64,000 bases of DNA from Eledone cirrhosa. Its lineage: Eukaryota. Location of the stretch: assembly GCA_964016885.1 (NCBI GenBank), contig OZ024756.1, forward strand, positions 33,480,001 to 33,544,000. Reading direction: 5' to 3'. Position numbers and translations under genes: made by a program. The notes under the pieces were generated by a model. The model searched no databases. It was not told where the DNA came from and worked only from the letters and a program-made list of their open reading frames with translations. Below are positions 42,665 through 58,101 of this stretch, in pieces; within the stretch, counting starts at the first letter, position 1; every line of letters starts with the position of its first letter.

Positions 42665-43911
42665 TATAAATAATAAAACTACTGTGATATTTGTCGACAC
42701 GGATATATTATTATATACGAGCATTTTCCAATTAGACAAGGGATCAGCAAATTATGGAGAGGGGAAAGTTCATTACGTCGACCACAGTTCATTACCGTAC
42801 TTTATTCTATCTACATCGGAAAATGTTGAACTCTGCAAAGTGATTTAATCACATAACGTAAAATAGAGGAACAAATACCAAGAGACATTTTGTTGGAATA
42901 CTCCATTTATTCTTTTAATCCACCAGCCTAGTATATGTACAGAATATTAGTTTTACAATAAGTTCAAGGGCATATATAATAATTTCTGAACTTCTCTTGT
43001 ACAGAAATCGTATAGCATAAAATGCCCAAACCAATATTTTGCAGAAATCCCATGTGCTTCTCTAATCTGTTCTGGCTAACCTCAAGATTATTTACGACGA
43101 CACTACTTAAATAAATTTCATATTAAGCAAAAATTATATGCATTCTTATCATTGTTGATTTTCTAGGAAATATATCTATAATATAGTAAGATTCCATAAT
43201 CATACATAGCAATAATGTGTAGGTTGAAGTTTTATATCTTCTGTATTTGCAGGCTAATAGTATATTATGAATATTTAATCTGGTTATACATTTATGAGTT
43301 CATTTTAATATAAATTGATGGGATTTAAGAAATGTAATTGTCAACGAAATATATTTACCACTCAGAGCGTATGAGTTATTTTATTTGTTCAATTGTTTCA
43401 ACTATTTCTGTAAAAGTAGTCTTCATTTAAACAAGATGAAGTAGATAGAAGTATAAGAAAAACAGAAAGGAGAAAAGCAACTTAGAATTAAACAAAACGA
43501 TATATATATAACATTGTAAGAAGAGAAAGACAGAATTCCAGAAATAACGTAGTATAGCGATATGTACTTGATTCAATAGAGTGCAAGTAAAAGCGTTTTG
43601 AAATATATATTGCATAATGAATTGTTTTTGAGTTACATTGATACCGTACATATTCTATGAGAGGAATTTCCATGCCATCAGTTAGAAGATGTAACCACAC
43701 AGTAAATGAGACATATTGCTTATTTAAATAACTAGTTTCATAGTATGTAGACTTGTTGAAGTAAAGGTGCGTGACCTAAAGTTGGCGAGCTCATGATATG
43801 CAACTTCTATGCACGGGGCAGACTGTTTGTAGCATTCTTCATTTAAGATTATTTACGTCCACTCACCTCCAAAACATAAGTCTCCCTGCGACAGGATCAC
43901 ATTTCTTTCAG

Positions 43912-43960
43912 AGAAGAACGTAGTAATTAGTAATTCAGTTACGATAACAGCTGTGCCAAG
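43912..43960 (+). CDS. Possible 49-bp exon (phase 1/2), KNVVISNSVTITAVP
   Basis: atttctttcag acceptor, aag|gtgtat donor; bridges the phases of the 38549 and 54624 candidates. Confidence 0.3.
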
Positions 43961-44067
43961 GTGTATGAGCCTTTAACACTCCCTTGAGCAATATAGGTCA
44001 TGAGGCGATTGAAGACGATTCACTGTGGATCATGGGTATCCCTTCGTCTGCAGTTCATCATGATGTA

Positions 44068-44112
44068 CTCCTGATGATTTCATAGGAATGAAACAAGTCT
44101 AGTCCAGTAAAT
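44068..44112 (+). ncRNA. Family B hammerhead remnant
   Basis: CTGATGA-t-ttc(atag)gaa-t-GAAAC. Confidence 0.55.
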
Positions 44113-44234
44113 GTTATGTCTTTATATATGTAAGATAGATCTACACCTCAACATATTTTAGTAATTCTTTTTTAAGTGTGGTTACCCCTGCCACAACAAG
44201 AGAACCTATAATACACACACACACACACACGCAT

Positions 44235-44340
<106 letters not shown>

Positions 44341-44341
44341 A

Positions 44342-44460
44342 GGTAGATCACAGGAAGGTAATATCCGTAGTGGTAGAGCACTCAGTTCATGGGACAGTTA
44401 GTTCACCCTACCGAGAATAATTGTTCTCGGTAGGGTGAACGAACTGCTGTGTTACTACTT
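44342..44460 (-). mobile_element. Short fold-back element K in (TA)n
   Basis: gttcaccctaccgagaa / ttctcggtagggtgaac hairpin plus tail. Confidence 0.6.
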
Positions 44461-44463
44461 ATA

Positions 44464-44524
<61 letters not shown>

Positions 44525-44611
44525 CTACTATATCAAGCGTAAAACTAATAATATATTTTTTCATTGTGGTTTGTCGTTGGGCCTTGTGCACACACACACA
44601 CACACACACAT

Positions 44612-44729
<118 letters not shown>

Positions 44730-45018
44730 CAGTAATCAAAGTTCAGTTTAAGTCATTTATTTGCTTACAATTGTTTCCTCCAAACCGAGGTTTGGATTCT
44801 TCGGAGCAACTATTTATAACATACTTGACCTCCTTTTCAACCCAAGAGACATATATAACTGCTCTGTAAAACAACTGATGTTATTACATTGAGCTATTTA
44901 TCTTACTGGTAGTAGGATAGTAATTAACGACTATCTCTCACTATTTAGGGTTTGTGTATATATAATATATTACCATTAAAGGTTTTATTGCATACATAAC
45001 CATAAATAGTACCCTTAA

Positions 45019-45069
<51 letters not shown>

Positions 45070-45272
45070 ATCTGTGTTTTTCGAATATTAATAATAACAT
45101 TCGATTCGTTTGCAATTATGCAAACAAGCCACATTTTTTAAAGCCATGTCAGTAGAATTGTGTTGGCATGTAAACGAACATGTAAATGCCATATAGAGCG
45201 AACATTTCTTTTTATTCATATATATATATATATATATTTACATTCATATATATATATTCATATATATATACA

Positions 45273-45377
45273 CATTCAAACTACTGTTACTTCATTATCC
45301 ATTTGCTCTCTACATGGTATTTTTCGATTTAGATTTAGGGTTAATTCCAGACAAAGAAAAGTGAAAAATATATCATA
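45273..45377. repeat. ~105-bp direct duplication, second copy at 46917-47020
   Basis: cattcaaac.actgttacttcattatc..cagacaaagaaaagtgaa.aatatatcat in both places. Confidence 0.85.
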
Positions 45378-45402
45378 TTATATATATATATATATATATA
45401 TA

Positions 45403-45606
45403 TAACGAAGGAAATGTGGTAAGGAACCAGGTGGACCATAACGCACCAAAGTACTCAATACTTGGGGTAGTAGAGTGGGTAATAGGAACCAGTAAGACCC
45501 CGACGGCTGAGCTCAAGCCGTTTCGACGGCTAATTCTGGACGGCTAATTCTGTCCAGAATTAGCCGTCGAAACGGCTTGAGCTCAGCCGTCGGGGTCTTA
45601 CTGGTT

Positions 45607-45611
<5 letters not shown>
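45403..45611 (-). mobile_element. Family A fold-back element
   Basis: As at 11150; perfect stem III acggct/agccgt. Confidence 0.85.
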
Positions 45612-45682
<71 letters not shown>

Positions 45683-45687
<5 letters not shown>

Positions 45688-45840
45688 GAAAACGAAAAAT
45701 CAGTGATGCATCTGAAATCAATTTATTGTGTGTTACAATTGTTTCGCCGGCGGCCAGCTCGAGACGCGTTCATTGTGTGGATCTGTCTGATTCTGGTTCG
45801 ACGGACACGTCTAATGATTTCGGAGCATATTCTCTCACTA
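45683..45840 (-). mobile_element. Family I-related hammerhead remnant
   Basis: Minus strand ctcgagctgg..ggc-GAA-acaattgt-A; tail gatgcatcactgattt similar to ~48960. Confidence 0.5.
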
Positions 45841-45866
45841 TATATATACAAAGAGAGTGAGAGAGT

Positions 45867-45928
<62 letters not shown>

Positions 45929-46494
45929 TGCGAATGCTGCTGACTTAGAATATTACTGTGTTATTTCATTCTTTAATATCCAAGCACGCGGATCATTAAA
46001 CAGCCTCTTGAATCTACAAAAGAGAACAATCACCTGCTGCTAGCATTAATAGAACAACTCGTAACTTACACAGCTAATTAATGGAGTTAAGCGAGCTAAT
46101 TAGCACGTCCAGTGAACTCTGAAAGAAACTTATTAAATTTCCTAGCACTGCTGTCTTAAAGATGTCAATACCGTCTTACCAACAAGTAGAATATATTATC
46201 TCAATATTTTCAGCTCATGGAAAATTGTCTGTATATTTTTGAAACTTTCCAAATGTGTATTAATTCACGTAAATTTTCGTACACGATGACGACTGCTCTA
46301 TGTTAATTCGATTAACTGCCTACTCTTCGAATTATCGTGAACCCTTAGAGCCACATATGACATGGCGGACTCCATGAATAAAAGTTAAAACTAATTTTTG
46401 CCAACAGAGTGGACTGGAGCAGTAAGAAATAATGAATCTTGCTTAAATATATAACTCGCCACACGGTTCGGGAATTGAAGTCACTCCTTTGACC

Positions 46495-46708
46495 AGAGTG
46501 TATTGGATTAGCAGAATCGTTAGAGCAACGGACAATATACTTCACACCATGTAACAACGGACTTTTACGTTCTATGTTCTGAGGTTAAATTTGCCTTTCC
46601 TCTTTCCAGCCCACAATAAATCAATTTACCAATTTATCATGTATTTGATCGATATAACCGAGTTTGCCCTTCCAAATAAAATTGCTGAGCTTGTGCCTGA
46701 ATTAGAAA
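46495..46708 (+). mobile_element. Degenerate tRNA-derived SINE
   Basis: gaggttaaatttgcctttc...attgctgagcttgtgcc. Confidence 0.65.
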
Positions 46709-47092
46709 GCATCGTTATCACATGAATATTTGCGTACATATGAATGAAAACAAAAAATTATTTTCCTTAAAGCAAAGGATGTAGCTAAAAATACATTGAG
46801 TAGATTGTTAATGATATACAATCGCGTTACAATACGTAATTGCATTGAAGGGAACATAAAGTATGTCCCAGATATGATTACCGTTACCTATATGTATTCA
46901 TTAAACATTGTTTCTGCATTCAAACCACTGTTACTTCATTATCTATTTGCTCTCTACATGGTATTTTTCGATTTAGATTTAGGTTTATTTTCAGACAAAG
47001 AAAAGTGAACAATATATCATGTCAATACATAGAACTCACTCACCAAATGGAAACTTTTGAAGTCTATAAATATATAACGATATTCCCATTCG

Positions 47093-47150
<58 letters not shown>

Positions 47151-47151
47151 A

Positions 47152-47190
<39 letters not shown>

Positions 47191-47198
47191 TATGTGTC

Positions 47199-47230
<32 letters not shown>

Positions 47231-47324
47231 TCTGTGTATGTGTTTGTGTGTTTGTGTGTGTGTGAGTATAAATATATAACGATATTGTCATTCGATTATA
47301 TATATATATATACATACATACATA

Positions 47325-47356
<32 letters not shown>

Positions 47357-47543
47357 ATGTGTGTGTGTGTGTATGGTGCATGTGTGTATGTATTGATACA
47401 ATGGAGGGGGGTAAGAGAACGAGGATGATTATTAACATGCTGATATGAGTGGTGTTGTGTGAAAAAGGGAAATATGGTGGTTATATAACACATACACACA
47501 GACACAGACACACACAAACACACATACATACAAACACACACAT

Positions 47544-47581
<38 letters not shown>

Positions 47582-47678
47582 GTGTGTGTGTGAGAGTGAG
47601 TAAACATGAATTACATATATAAATATATATATATATATTTATATATATAAATATTTGAATATTACACCTAGTCCTTTT

Positions 47679-47784
<106 letters not shown>

Positions 47785-48167
47785 GTGCGCGTGTAGGAGT
47801 GTGTGCGTGTGTATGTGTGTATGTGCAATCGCCGCCCTACAATCCCCCAGGTAAAACATTCTAATTAGACATTGAACTTATTCATAAAATAATTCATTAT
47901 ATAAAATTCCTTGCTATTGTTTGACGTAACAATTCTTTGCAGAAATCTGGTTGAATTCTCTTCTCCATAATTCATAATTTATTTGTTTTTAGGTAAAATT
48001 GTTGAATTATCATTGTTAATTGAAGTAATCAATATTTCGATAAAAGTAAATTAAAATCAGTTCGAACACTTTCATGAATTAAACAATAATACGTTGAGAA
48101 AAAAATAGACGTAAAATTCGGAATTGAATAGACACACTGATAATAATTATTATATGTGTTAAGTATG

Positions 48168-48575
48168 TGTTTATTATATATATATGTATATATATGTATG
48201 TATACATGTGTGTCTATATGTGTATATATATATGTATATATATATGTATATATATATATTTATGTATATATATATACATGCATATATATATTCAAATATA
48301 TGTATATATATATGTGTGTATATATATATATATTCACGTATATGCATATGAGTGTAAATTAAATAAAATATTATTATATATATATGTATATATATGTATG
48401 TATACATGTGTGTGTATATGTGTATATATATATGTATATATATATGTATATATATATATATATTTCTGTATATATATATACATGCATATATATATTCAAA
48501 TATATGTATATATATATATATGTGTGTGTATATATATATATTCACGTATATGCATATGAGTGTAAATTAAATTAA
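48168..48575. repeat. ~205-bp tandem duplication of microsatellite-rich sequence
   Basis: ttcacgtatatgcatatgagtgtaaattaaa ends both units. Confidence 0.85.
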
Positions 48576-48761
48576 ATAATAGTGATCCATTTTATTTCGT
48601 TTGCACTTGATACATTTGCACACGCCCACATTCGCGCAGATACACACACACACACACAAATATATATATATATATGTCTGTGTGTGTGTGTGTGCGTGTG
48701 TATGCATGTATGTCTATATTTATGAACAATGATGTATATATAAAGATATATAAATAAATAA

Positions 48762-48827
<66 letters not shown>

Positions 48828-48829
<2 letters not shown>

Positions 48830-48990
48830 AAAGCGAACCTACATGTTAACTAATATCTGAGGCGCATCCAATTCCAGAATCAGGTTCGATCATTAATAGA
48901 ACGTTCCTCGAGTTGATCGACAGTGAAACATATGCAATATGTAATTAAATATGTATATGATGCAACACTGATTCTTTTTTCCCTTATATA

Positions 48991-48995
<5 letters not shown>
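48828..48995 (+). mobile_element. Family I hammerhead element (degenerate core)
   Basis: atat-CTGAGGC..gt-GAA-acatatgc-A-atat; collinear with 8395-8540. Confidence 0.65.
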
Positions 48996-49060
<65 letters not shown>

Positions 49061-49065
<5 letters not shown>

Positions 49066-49265
49066 AACCAGTGGGACCCCGACGGCTGAGCTCAAGCCGT
49101 TTCGACGGCTAATTGTGGACAGAATTGCGTCCAGAATTAGTCGTCGAAACGGCTTGAGCTCTGCCGTCGGGTTCCTACTCGTTCCTATTACCCACTCTAC
49201 TACCCTACGTATTGAGTACTTTGGTGCGTTATGGTCCACCTGGTTCCTTACCACATTTCCTTCGT

Positions 49266-49267
<2 letters not shown>
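49061..49267 (+). mobile_element. Family A fold-back element
   Basis: Reverse-orientation copy of 45403-45611. Confidence 0.85.
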
Positions 49268-49300
<33 letters not shown>

Positions 49301-49590
49301 GAATTCATTTTGAAAAGTGTACTCCTTTGTAGGGATCCCGTTTGTTTTTATGACAAGATTCACTGTTATATCATAAATGGTATCGTGAAATGAAGACAAC
49401 ACACCTCTCCATGGTTCGTACCTACGACTTTAGAATCGTTAATGCAACACCATATCAGCTAAACCACCAGCCTAGATGCATTTTATCTGAGGTAAAGCGA
49501 TTATATACAACTATGTCAGATAAAGATATGACACGTTTAATACACTCCTGGTTACACTAGGACTGAAAGGAAGCGGTCTCATTAAATAAT

Positions 49591-49775
49591 TGTTTCTACT
49601 TTAGGCACAAGGCCAACAATTACCCAGTGCATTACTGGTACTTTATTTTATCGACCCCGTAAGGATGAAAGGCAAAGTCAACCTCGGCGGGATTTGAACT
49701 CAGATCGTAAAGGGACGTAACTATGCTGGAAAGCATGGCGTCCGACCCTCTACCGATACTGCCAATCTACCGCCC
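49591..49775 (-). mobile_element. Young tRNA-derived SINE with 13-bp TSD
   Basis: ctcattaaataat at 49578-49590 and 49775-49787. Confidence 0.92.
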
Positions 49776-50494
49776 TCATTAAATAATGTAATCCTAAATG
49801 TAATACATATGAGCAAAACAGAAATTGTTTAATATACTACTCGTATACACCTATCTGGTAAAGGAATAACACTTTTGACTATATAAATTTAACATAACCT
49901 ATATATGTCGTTGTCATATTTCTGCAAGTACCCTCTGTACATCTTATGCTATAGACTACATAAGATGTATAGTGGGTAGTTGTAGAAACATAACAACGAC
50001 ATACATATGTGAGACAGGAAAGGAGAAAGAATAGACCAACACTGGGGGGAAACTAAAAGGACAAAAAAACGGTTCAGTACTATATGAACGCTCCAGACAA
50101 AGGCATGACGGTAACATAGACAACATAGAAATTAAAATAATATCTAAGCATAGAAATGACTCAACAAGTAGACAAATCATGAAGCAACTGAGATAGAACT
50201 AGAACTGGACCGACATAGGGTTAAATAATGGTTTTTGATTTAGGCACAATGTCTAGGTTTAACACATAACAACAGCAATAAATATTCCAAGGCAAAATTG
50301 TCCAATCAGACGGTATATTATTGATGCAGAAGATCCTAATAACCTTAACAATCTCAGAGGTCATTAAATAAGTGTTCGATAGACATGAATAATATGAAAA
50401 TCGAATGATTGCATCCCAACTCAGACAGCTACATTCACACACGCATTAGAATAATATGATCAATATAATAAATTAGGTGGGCATTATATATATG

Positions 50495-50646
<152 letters not shown>

Positions 50647-51314
50647 TAATATATATGTGTGTATGTATATATATATATACATATACAAATGCACATATAT
50701 ATAGATACAAATATACATATATATACATACGTATGCAATATATATATATGTGTATGTGTGCATGAGTGTGTGTATGTGTGTGTCTGTGTTTGTGTGTGTC
50801 TGTGTGGGTGTGTGTAGGTAAAAGTTCCAATTGATCAACTAATAGTATAAAATAGATTTATTCCCTAATTTCTCTGATTTCTGTTTAGAAATAGAGAACT
50901 TTTCTACAAGTAACTTCTATCCGTTCGATACTAAATACACAGTTTTAGTAAATACACAGTTCAATATCAAATAAATATTTGCTTCTGTATTTATTCATTA
51001 TTTTTATTTTTCTCTAACGTCTGTCTTCTCGCTAAATTGTCCAAAGCAAATTTTGATTAGATCAGATAAATAATCTATTTGTGGATTGAATGCCTCAGGA
51101 ATTTTTAAATGAAATAATTGGTCTGGCCTGCGAATCAGTTTTGGCTAATATCCCAAGAACACTGTAGGAAATATAGTGGTTAAAGGATTAATTTGGTAGG
51201 AAAGTTTCCTGTGATATTAAGTTCATCTGTTGGTGATATTTTATTCAATACCTTACTGTCTAACTAACCAGTGTCACAGGAAATATTTCTACTATATTCA
51301 CACAAACACACACG

Positions 51315-51377
<63 letters not shown>

Positions 51378-51379
<2 letters not shown>

Positions 51380-51675
51380 GTGGAAAAGTAAGAAATCGGA
51401 GAACAGACCGTTAATACATGTTTATTTTAAAAATGTATTAATGTATTAACGGTCTGTTCTCCGATTTCTTACTTTTCCATGTGCTTACGCTCTGCTAACT
51501 CTCTCGCCCAGTAAATATTAACACTTCTAATATTTAATACTGCCGGCACTAGTATTGAGCACCTTTTGCATACGCTATTTGGTAAATAACTACATGTATC
51601 ACCTATCCTTCCTTTTCTTCTCTCTCTCGATACATAAATACTTTATATATATATCTAAACCACGCGTCTTCACTT
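51378..51675 (+). mobile_element. Fold-back element L in (TA)n
   Basis: 39-bp perfect arms tggaaaagtaagaaatcggagaacagaccgttaatacat; tail contains gtattgagcacc. Confidence 0.7.
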
Positions 51676-51690
51676 TATATATATATATAT

Positions 51691-51899
51691 AACAAAGGAA
51701 TTGTGGTCAGGAACCAAATGGACCATAACGCACCAGAGTACTCCAATACTTAGGGTAGTAGAGTGGGAAATATATATATAGGAAAAAGTATAACCCCGAC
51801 GGCAGAGCTCAAGCCATTTCGACGGCTATTTTTGGACTGAAATAGTCCAGAAATAGCCGTCGAAACGGTTTGAGCTCTGCCGTCGGGATCATACTTTTT

Positions 51900-51903
<4 letters not shown>
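51691..51903 (-). mobile_element. Family A fold-back element
   Basis: As at 11150, with a small internal TA expansion. Confidence 0.85.
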
Positions 51904-51940
<37 letters not shown>

Positions 51941-52011
51941 TCCACCCCACTCGACAAGCGAATGACGTCTGGGGTCTTGTCGACCGACCAGAGTGATTTA
52001 AATATATATAT

Positions 52012-52185
52012 ATGCAGGGAGTGTAACGTGAAATTACTGTAGCTCCGACGAGCTTTTGAGTCCAAAGTCGGGTCAGATCGATACAGATCGAATCTTGAGC
52101 TGATGAATAGCAAAACACGCGTCACCAATCAATAAACGTAATGAGGGCTTAACAAATCTTCCTATTATATTATTATATTTATTTT

Positions 52186-52190
<5 letters not shown>
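52012..52190 (+). mobile_element. Family F element with degenerate hammerhead
   Basis: CCGACGA-gct..agc-AAAAC-acgcgt-C-acc; ends shared with the 39841 copy. Confidence 0.6.
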
Positions 52191-52217
<27 letters not shown>

Positions 52218-52236
52218 TGGTATATATCATATCATG

Positions 52237-52314
<78 letters not shown>

Positions 52315-52814
52315 CAATGACTACCGTGTGTTGCTATTTGTAGACATGCCTGATTACTGTCCAGTGACGAGAGCTTTAAAACTTCTAAAGGATAAGAATA
52401 ACATAACAGAAGTAGATAAAATCTTTACACATTTTATATGGATTATTTTAGTCATTTTTTTCTTGTATTATCTCATACTTTTGTCTTATTTTAGGAAAAC
52501 ACGACTAAATCCATTAAACATATGAGAGAATTTTCTATTTCAAAGTAAACATACATGTTTGAAATTGGCCTTCGTTTTTCTATATTGTCTAACTATCGGA
52601 CAAGCTATAAACACGAATCGATACATTTATATGATAACATATGCAGAATTGACTATTAGTGAAAATATGGCTTAGAAAAATCCGAATATGAGAAAATGGA
52701 ATCCGACAAGTAAAAACAAAACATATTTACCCCTCCACACACACAATTTATGTCAGTCTGTCTGACTGTGGGTATGTTTCTGTGTGTGTTTATATATATA
52801 TATATATATATGTA

Positions 52815-52969
<155 letters not shown>

Positions 52970-52972
52970 GAA

Positions 52973-53027
<55 letters not shown>

Positions 53028-53102
53028 TATACACACAGAGAGTGTGTGTGTGTGAGAGAGAGAGCACTCTTCTTTCCTTGGCCTTTTCCACGGAAATACT
53101 TA

Positions 53103-53144
<42 letters not shown>

Positions 53145-53190
53145 ATGTATATAGGAGTGTGTGTGTGTGTGAAAAAGAGAGAGAGAGAGA

Positions 53191-53265
<75 letters not shown>

Positions 53266-54623
53266 TCTGGGGCTCTTTTATCAAGCTTTCTGAGACGGTG
53301 AACAAATCATCCGTATGTTTTTTGTGCAGTAAATACATTTCAGTAGATGCCATAACTTGACAGCACCATTCCTTTTTCCTTTTAAAGCTGTTCTGAAGTG
53401 ATACATCGCCTTGTAATAGTACTTACGTTAGATATCATAAGTCAATATGTTTGTATGTGATATGTGTACCTATTTGTTTGTGGTTTGCCTTTTAGTTTTT
53501 CTCTATACGTTTGTGTTGTGCGTACGTGTTTGGCGGGGTTGAGGTTTTCTTAATTGCCTGTGATGTACGTGAGTGATAATTTTTTCGTGTTCATTAGATC
53601 TATGTTAGTCGTGTTCCATACTGTGAATACTCAAACAAATATCAGACATGACTTACCCCTTTTTGTTCAAGTATGGCACAACACTATCTACATTAAATAA
53701 TGTGCTAGTTTCTAGAGGCTATATTATAATTTATAGAAATTTAGCTACAATTTCTAGCATATCGAGTAGCCATTAGCTTCATCGTTGACACGTTAGTTCT
53801 GTGTGTGTACATATATGTGTGTGTGTGTATTATTGAGCCTATGTGATTGTGAGATATTGATATCTATGTGTAATAGTCTGTATGTGCAGTGTATTCCGTC
53901 ACTCATTCCCAATATTGAATTAATATTTAAATTTTCTTTCATGTTTCATAACCATTTGTGAATGCATCTCTTCACAAAAATTTAAAGAAAATAAGTCCCC
54001 ATTCGTAAATATATTACTACAGGTATACGTACAACACTGCATGCAGAAATAAATTTGAAGTAGTTTAAATAGAGGTTAGACCTAACTTATATTTTTCAAT
54101 GATACAATATTCAAAGATTTGGCAATAAGATTAATTATTTCAAGCACTTTAGACTCATACGATTTAGAAGGTTTTTTTGGAACATGAAAGCAACAAGATT
54201 GCAGAGATATACAGTGCATGAAATAACATACAATCCCCTGTGACTACTTCAAACTTTTAATGTTGAAAGTCGCTGTTTCATTTGCCATTTATTTTTAAAA
54301 TGGGTTACTTTGTGTACACTAATAATCCATGAGCCTACTTATATTCAAGTATTTGTAAAATCCGAATTCTTTCAAATGTATACAGTTGCGTTTTGTTAGA
54401 GAATATAATGTATAAAATGGAAAAATATTATAGATAAAAAGACACTCTTAGAAAACATCATAGAATATGAGATACAGGAATCAGAAACATTGTTTCGATG
54501 TGAAAGAATATCTATGTTGTGTTTTACATTGAAAATATATTTTCAAACATAGACAGAAAGCCAGATATTTAAGGTGGAGGACCGATTAGTAAATGAAATT
54601 GACCATTTCTATTTATTTATTAG

Positions 54624-54716
54624 AGGTGGTTACTTCTCTGATACTACTACTCAGAGTTTCGCAGATCCCGCTGAAGAAGCTTTATCAGCATATCCACAAA
54701 GAATATTCGATTCAAT
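54624..54716 (+). CDS. Probable 93-bp coding exon (phase 2/2), GGYFSDTTTQSFADPAEEALSAYPQRIFDS; gene unidentified
   Basis: tttatttattag acceptor, gtatgt donor, open frame, GC raised over flanks. Confidence 0.55.
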
Positions 54717-54963
54717 GTATGTAGGTGTGCATATGTATGTAGATACGTAGCTAAGACTGGCCATTGATGAAACATGGCAACATTTACCTCATGCTAAATG
54801 ATAAGGAAAATAAAACTCCTATTGTTACTGTTGCTATAAGTTGTAATAATAATAATTACTATAGTCAACATAGATACATGCTTTTTGCAGCTTCTGAAGC
54901 ATATGTCCCTTTTTCTGAAGCAGTCTAAAAGATTACTATAGTAAAGTTCTAAGAGATTGGTAA

Positions 54964-55054
<91 letters not shown>

Positions 55055-55056
<2 letters not shown>

Positions 55057-55180
55057 TTCAGGGTTGAATCGGAAGTAACCACAGTAAGTAAGGTACTCAA
55101 TACATAGCAGAGTATAAAACGTTTAATATAGATGAGATTCTACAGGACTAGAACTGTTTCATTCTTTAGAAATCATCAGT
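55055..55180 (-). mobile_element. Family B hammerhead element with 3' tail
   Basis: Minus strand CTGATGA-t-ttc(taaa)gaa-t-GAA-acag..ctgt-A-gaa. Confidence 0.75.
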
Positions 55181-55629
<449 letters not shown>

Positions 55630-56140
55630 TTTAGATATTGATATATATATATATATATTTATATACATATATATATATATATATATATGTGTATATAAGT
55701 ATATATATATATATACTTATATATATATATATGTGTGTGTGTGTGTATGTGTGTGTGTATGTGTGGGTGTGGGTGTGTGTGCGTGTGTACGTGCCTGTAT
55801 TTCCGTGTGTGTAAAGAGATAGAGCGAAAGATGGATAGATAGATACATAGATATATATGTTTCTTAGAAAGATAGTTAGTTAACTAAAGGAATAGATGAA
55901 TAAAGAAAGAGGGAAGGGGAAATTTAACGTAAAACTAAAGTGAATCCTAACAAAAAAAATTGAACAAGATATCTGTTGCCTTAAGAAATAACTATCTATA
56001 GTAAAGAAATCTGAAAGAAAAGAAGACGATATTTTCATGAAAGCATAACGACAAATTTCGATCCGTGCCTATAGTAGGGAAGACTGTATCTGATCACCCT
56101 GTTTCTATTTCTGTTCATCTCACTCTCTCTCTTTCTTTCG

Positions 56141-56178
<38 letters not shown>

Positions 56179-56346
56179 TTCTACCCTCCCCCCCCCCCTC
56201 TCTCTCTCTCACTCTCCCTCTCTCCCTCTCTGGCATCCTTTCTTTTAATCTCACACTCACTCTTTCTCTCTCACTTCTTCTTTCCCTCTTTCCATCTCTT
56301 AATCTTGGTTTCAATTTCTCTCTTACATTTTGTGCGTATATATGAA

Positions 56347-56415
<69 letters not shown>

Positions 56416-56462
56416 TATATACAAATATATAGATAGATAGATATATTTACATGCATACAAAT

Positions 56463-56525
<63 letters not shown>

Positions 56526-56990
56526 TGCGCATATAAACATATTTATAAATCCTCTTTCAACAATATATGCGCAGTTTGCTACTTGGTTAAACATATCTCA
56601 GTATAAAATTATATTTTTTTATCTGTACAACTACCTGTATACTACAGGCAATGCAATGATTTTCAGAAATTAATATTAATATTATTCTATATAGATTTGT
56701 CTTGTGCTGAAAAATACTAGCGCCAAAAAGTTTTACTACGCAATTGGACACCATTTTGAATAAAATGTATAATTTTTCATAATTAGATACCCTTGTGGGT
56801 GTCCATCGAATTTGTTTCTTCACCGAATTTCACTCAGTAATACATTAGAATTATTGCCTCTTTGTAACATCACATTTTGCATAAAGTTTAAACGTATTCA
56901 CGTTTAATATATAATACATATATATATGTATGTATTATCTATATGTATGTATTATCTATATGTGTATTTATATATATGTATTATATATAT

Positions 56991-57058
<68 letters not shown>

Positions 57059-57084
57059 GTGAGGTTTTTGGGGGGGGTTTTGGG

Positions 57085-57328
57085 GGGGGGGGTTACAAAA
57101 TGAAAAATAACCGAGGTGTCCTACACGAGTGAAAGTATAAAGAAAAAAAGATGAAATCGAAAATGCAACTGAAGTCTTATTTTTTTAATGTGAGAAAAAC
57201 CACAGACCCTCCATCTTAAGTCTACTTTTGAAAAGCAGAAGAACTGCGAAACCGGTAAAGGAACCAAATAAATATATATATTATTAAAAAAAATAAGACT
57301 CCAGTTCCATTTTCGATTTCATCTTTTT

Positions 57329-57330
<2 letters not shown>
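57085..57330. mobile_element. Fold-back element O enclosing a degenerate hammerhead (57225-57260, +)
   Basis: ~45-bp arms; ctt-TTGAAAA-gcag(aagaa)ctgc-GAA-accggt-A-aag. Confidence 0.6.
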
Positions 57331-57364
<34 letters not shown>

Positions 57365-57923
57365 GTATGTATAAATATAAATTTACCGAGAATCGCATTT
57401 CGGCGGTTAGATATTAGCGAAACGCAGCTTCCGTATTGTGTAGACAAGCGCTCCATGGATAAGAAGATACCAGAGCTATAAACATAAGTTAAAAAGATCA
57501 TACAAACTGAGACGATGGTTAAGAAGCCATTAACCACCAGAGCCAAAAAAGCGAACAAGCTAAACGGGACAATCAAAATAAGATATGATTGAAATAGTTA
57601 CCCGGACCCTCGGGGAAGATGGACTACTCCGATATTGGGTTTCTGGAACACCTAAATCAATAATACTGTCTGCTTATAAAAAGTAAGCTTTTGGTATAAT
57701 GATCGGAGAAGGCATCGCTTTCTCAACAGGCATTTTGTTCTTCGTGCGCCAGAATCTCACAGGTTATGAAGGCACGTGTGAGGTTCTAAGGGGAGAAAAC
57801 CCCTATTTTAGCCAGTGAATTCAGCATGTGTAGTTATTGCAAAAATGTGCAAAAATAGTACAAAACGAATTAAGCTCTCGACCGAGTTGTTTTTTTTTAA
57901 TTAAACTTAAAAAAAATATGTAT

Positions 57924-58001
<78 letters not shown>

Positions 58002-58101
58002 ATGTGTGTATTCTCCGGTTGTGTGGGTGTGTGTGTGTGTGTGTGTGCGTGTGCGTGCGTGTGTGCGTGTGTGTGCGTGTGTGTGGATGGGCCTTTAATC
58101 A

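Noticed and set aside
43868-43905. Minus-strand exon with a strong GTGAGT donor
   Set aside because: Isolated, with a weak acceptor and no compatible neighbouring minus-strand exons found.
57385-57820. GC-richer segment as a gene fragment
   Set aside because: Multiple stops and no recognisable motif; probably a decayed repeat that I cannot classify.
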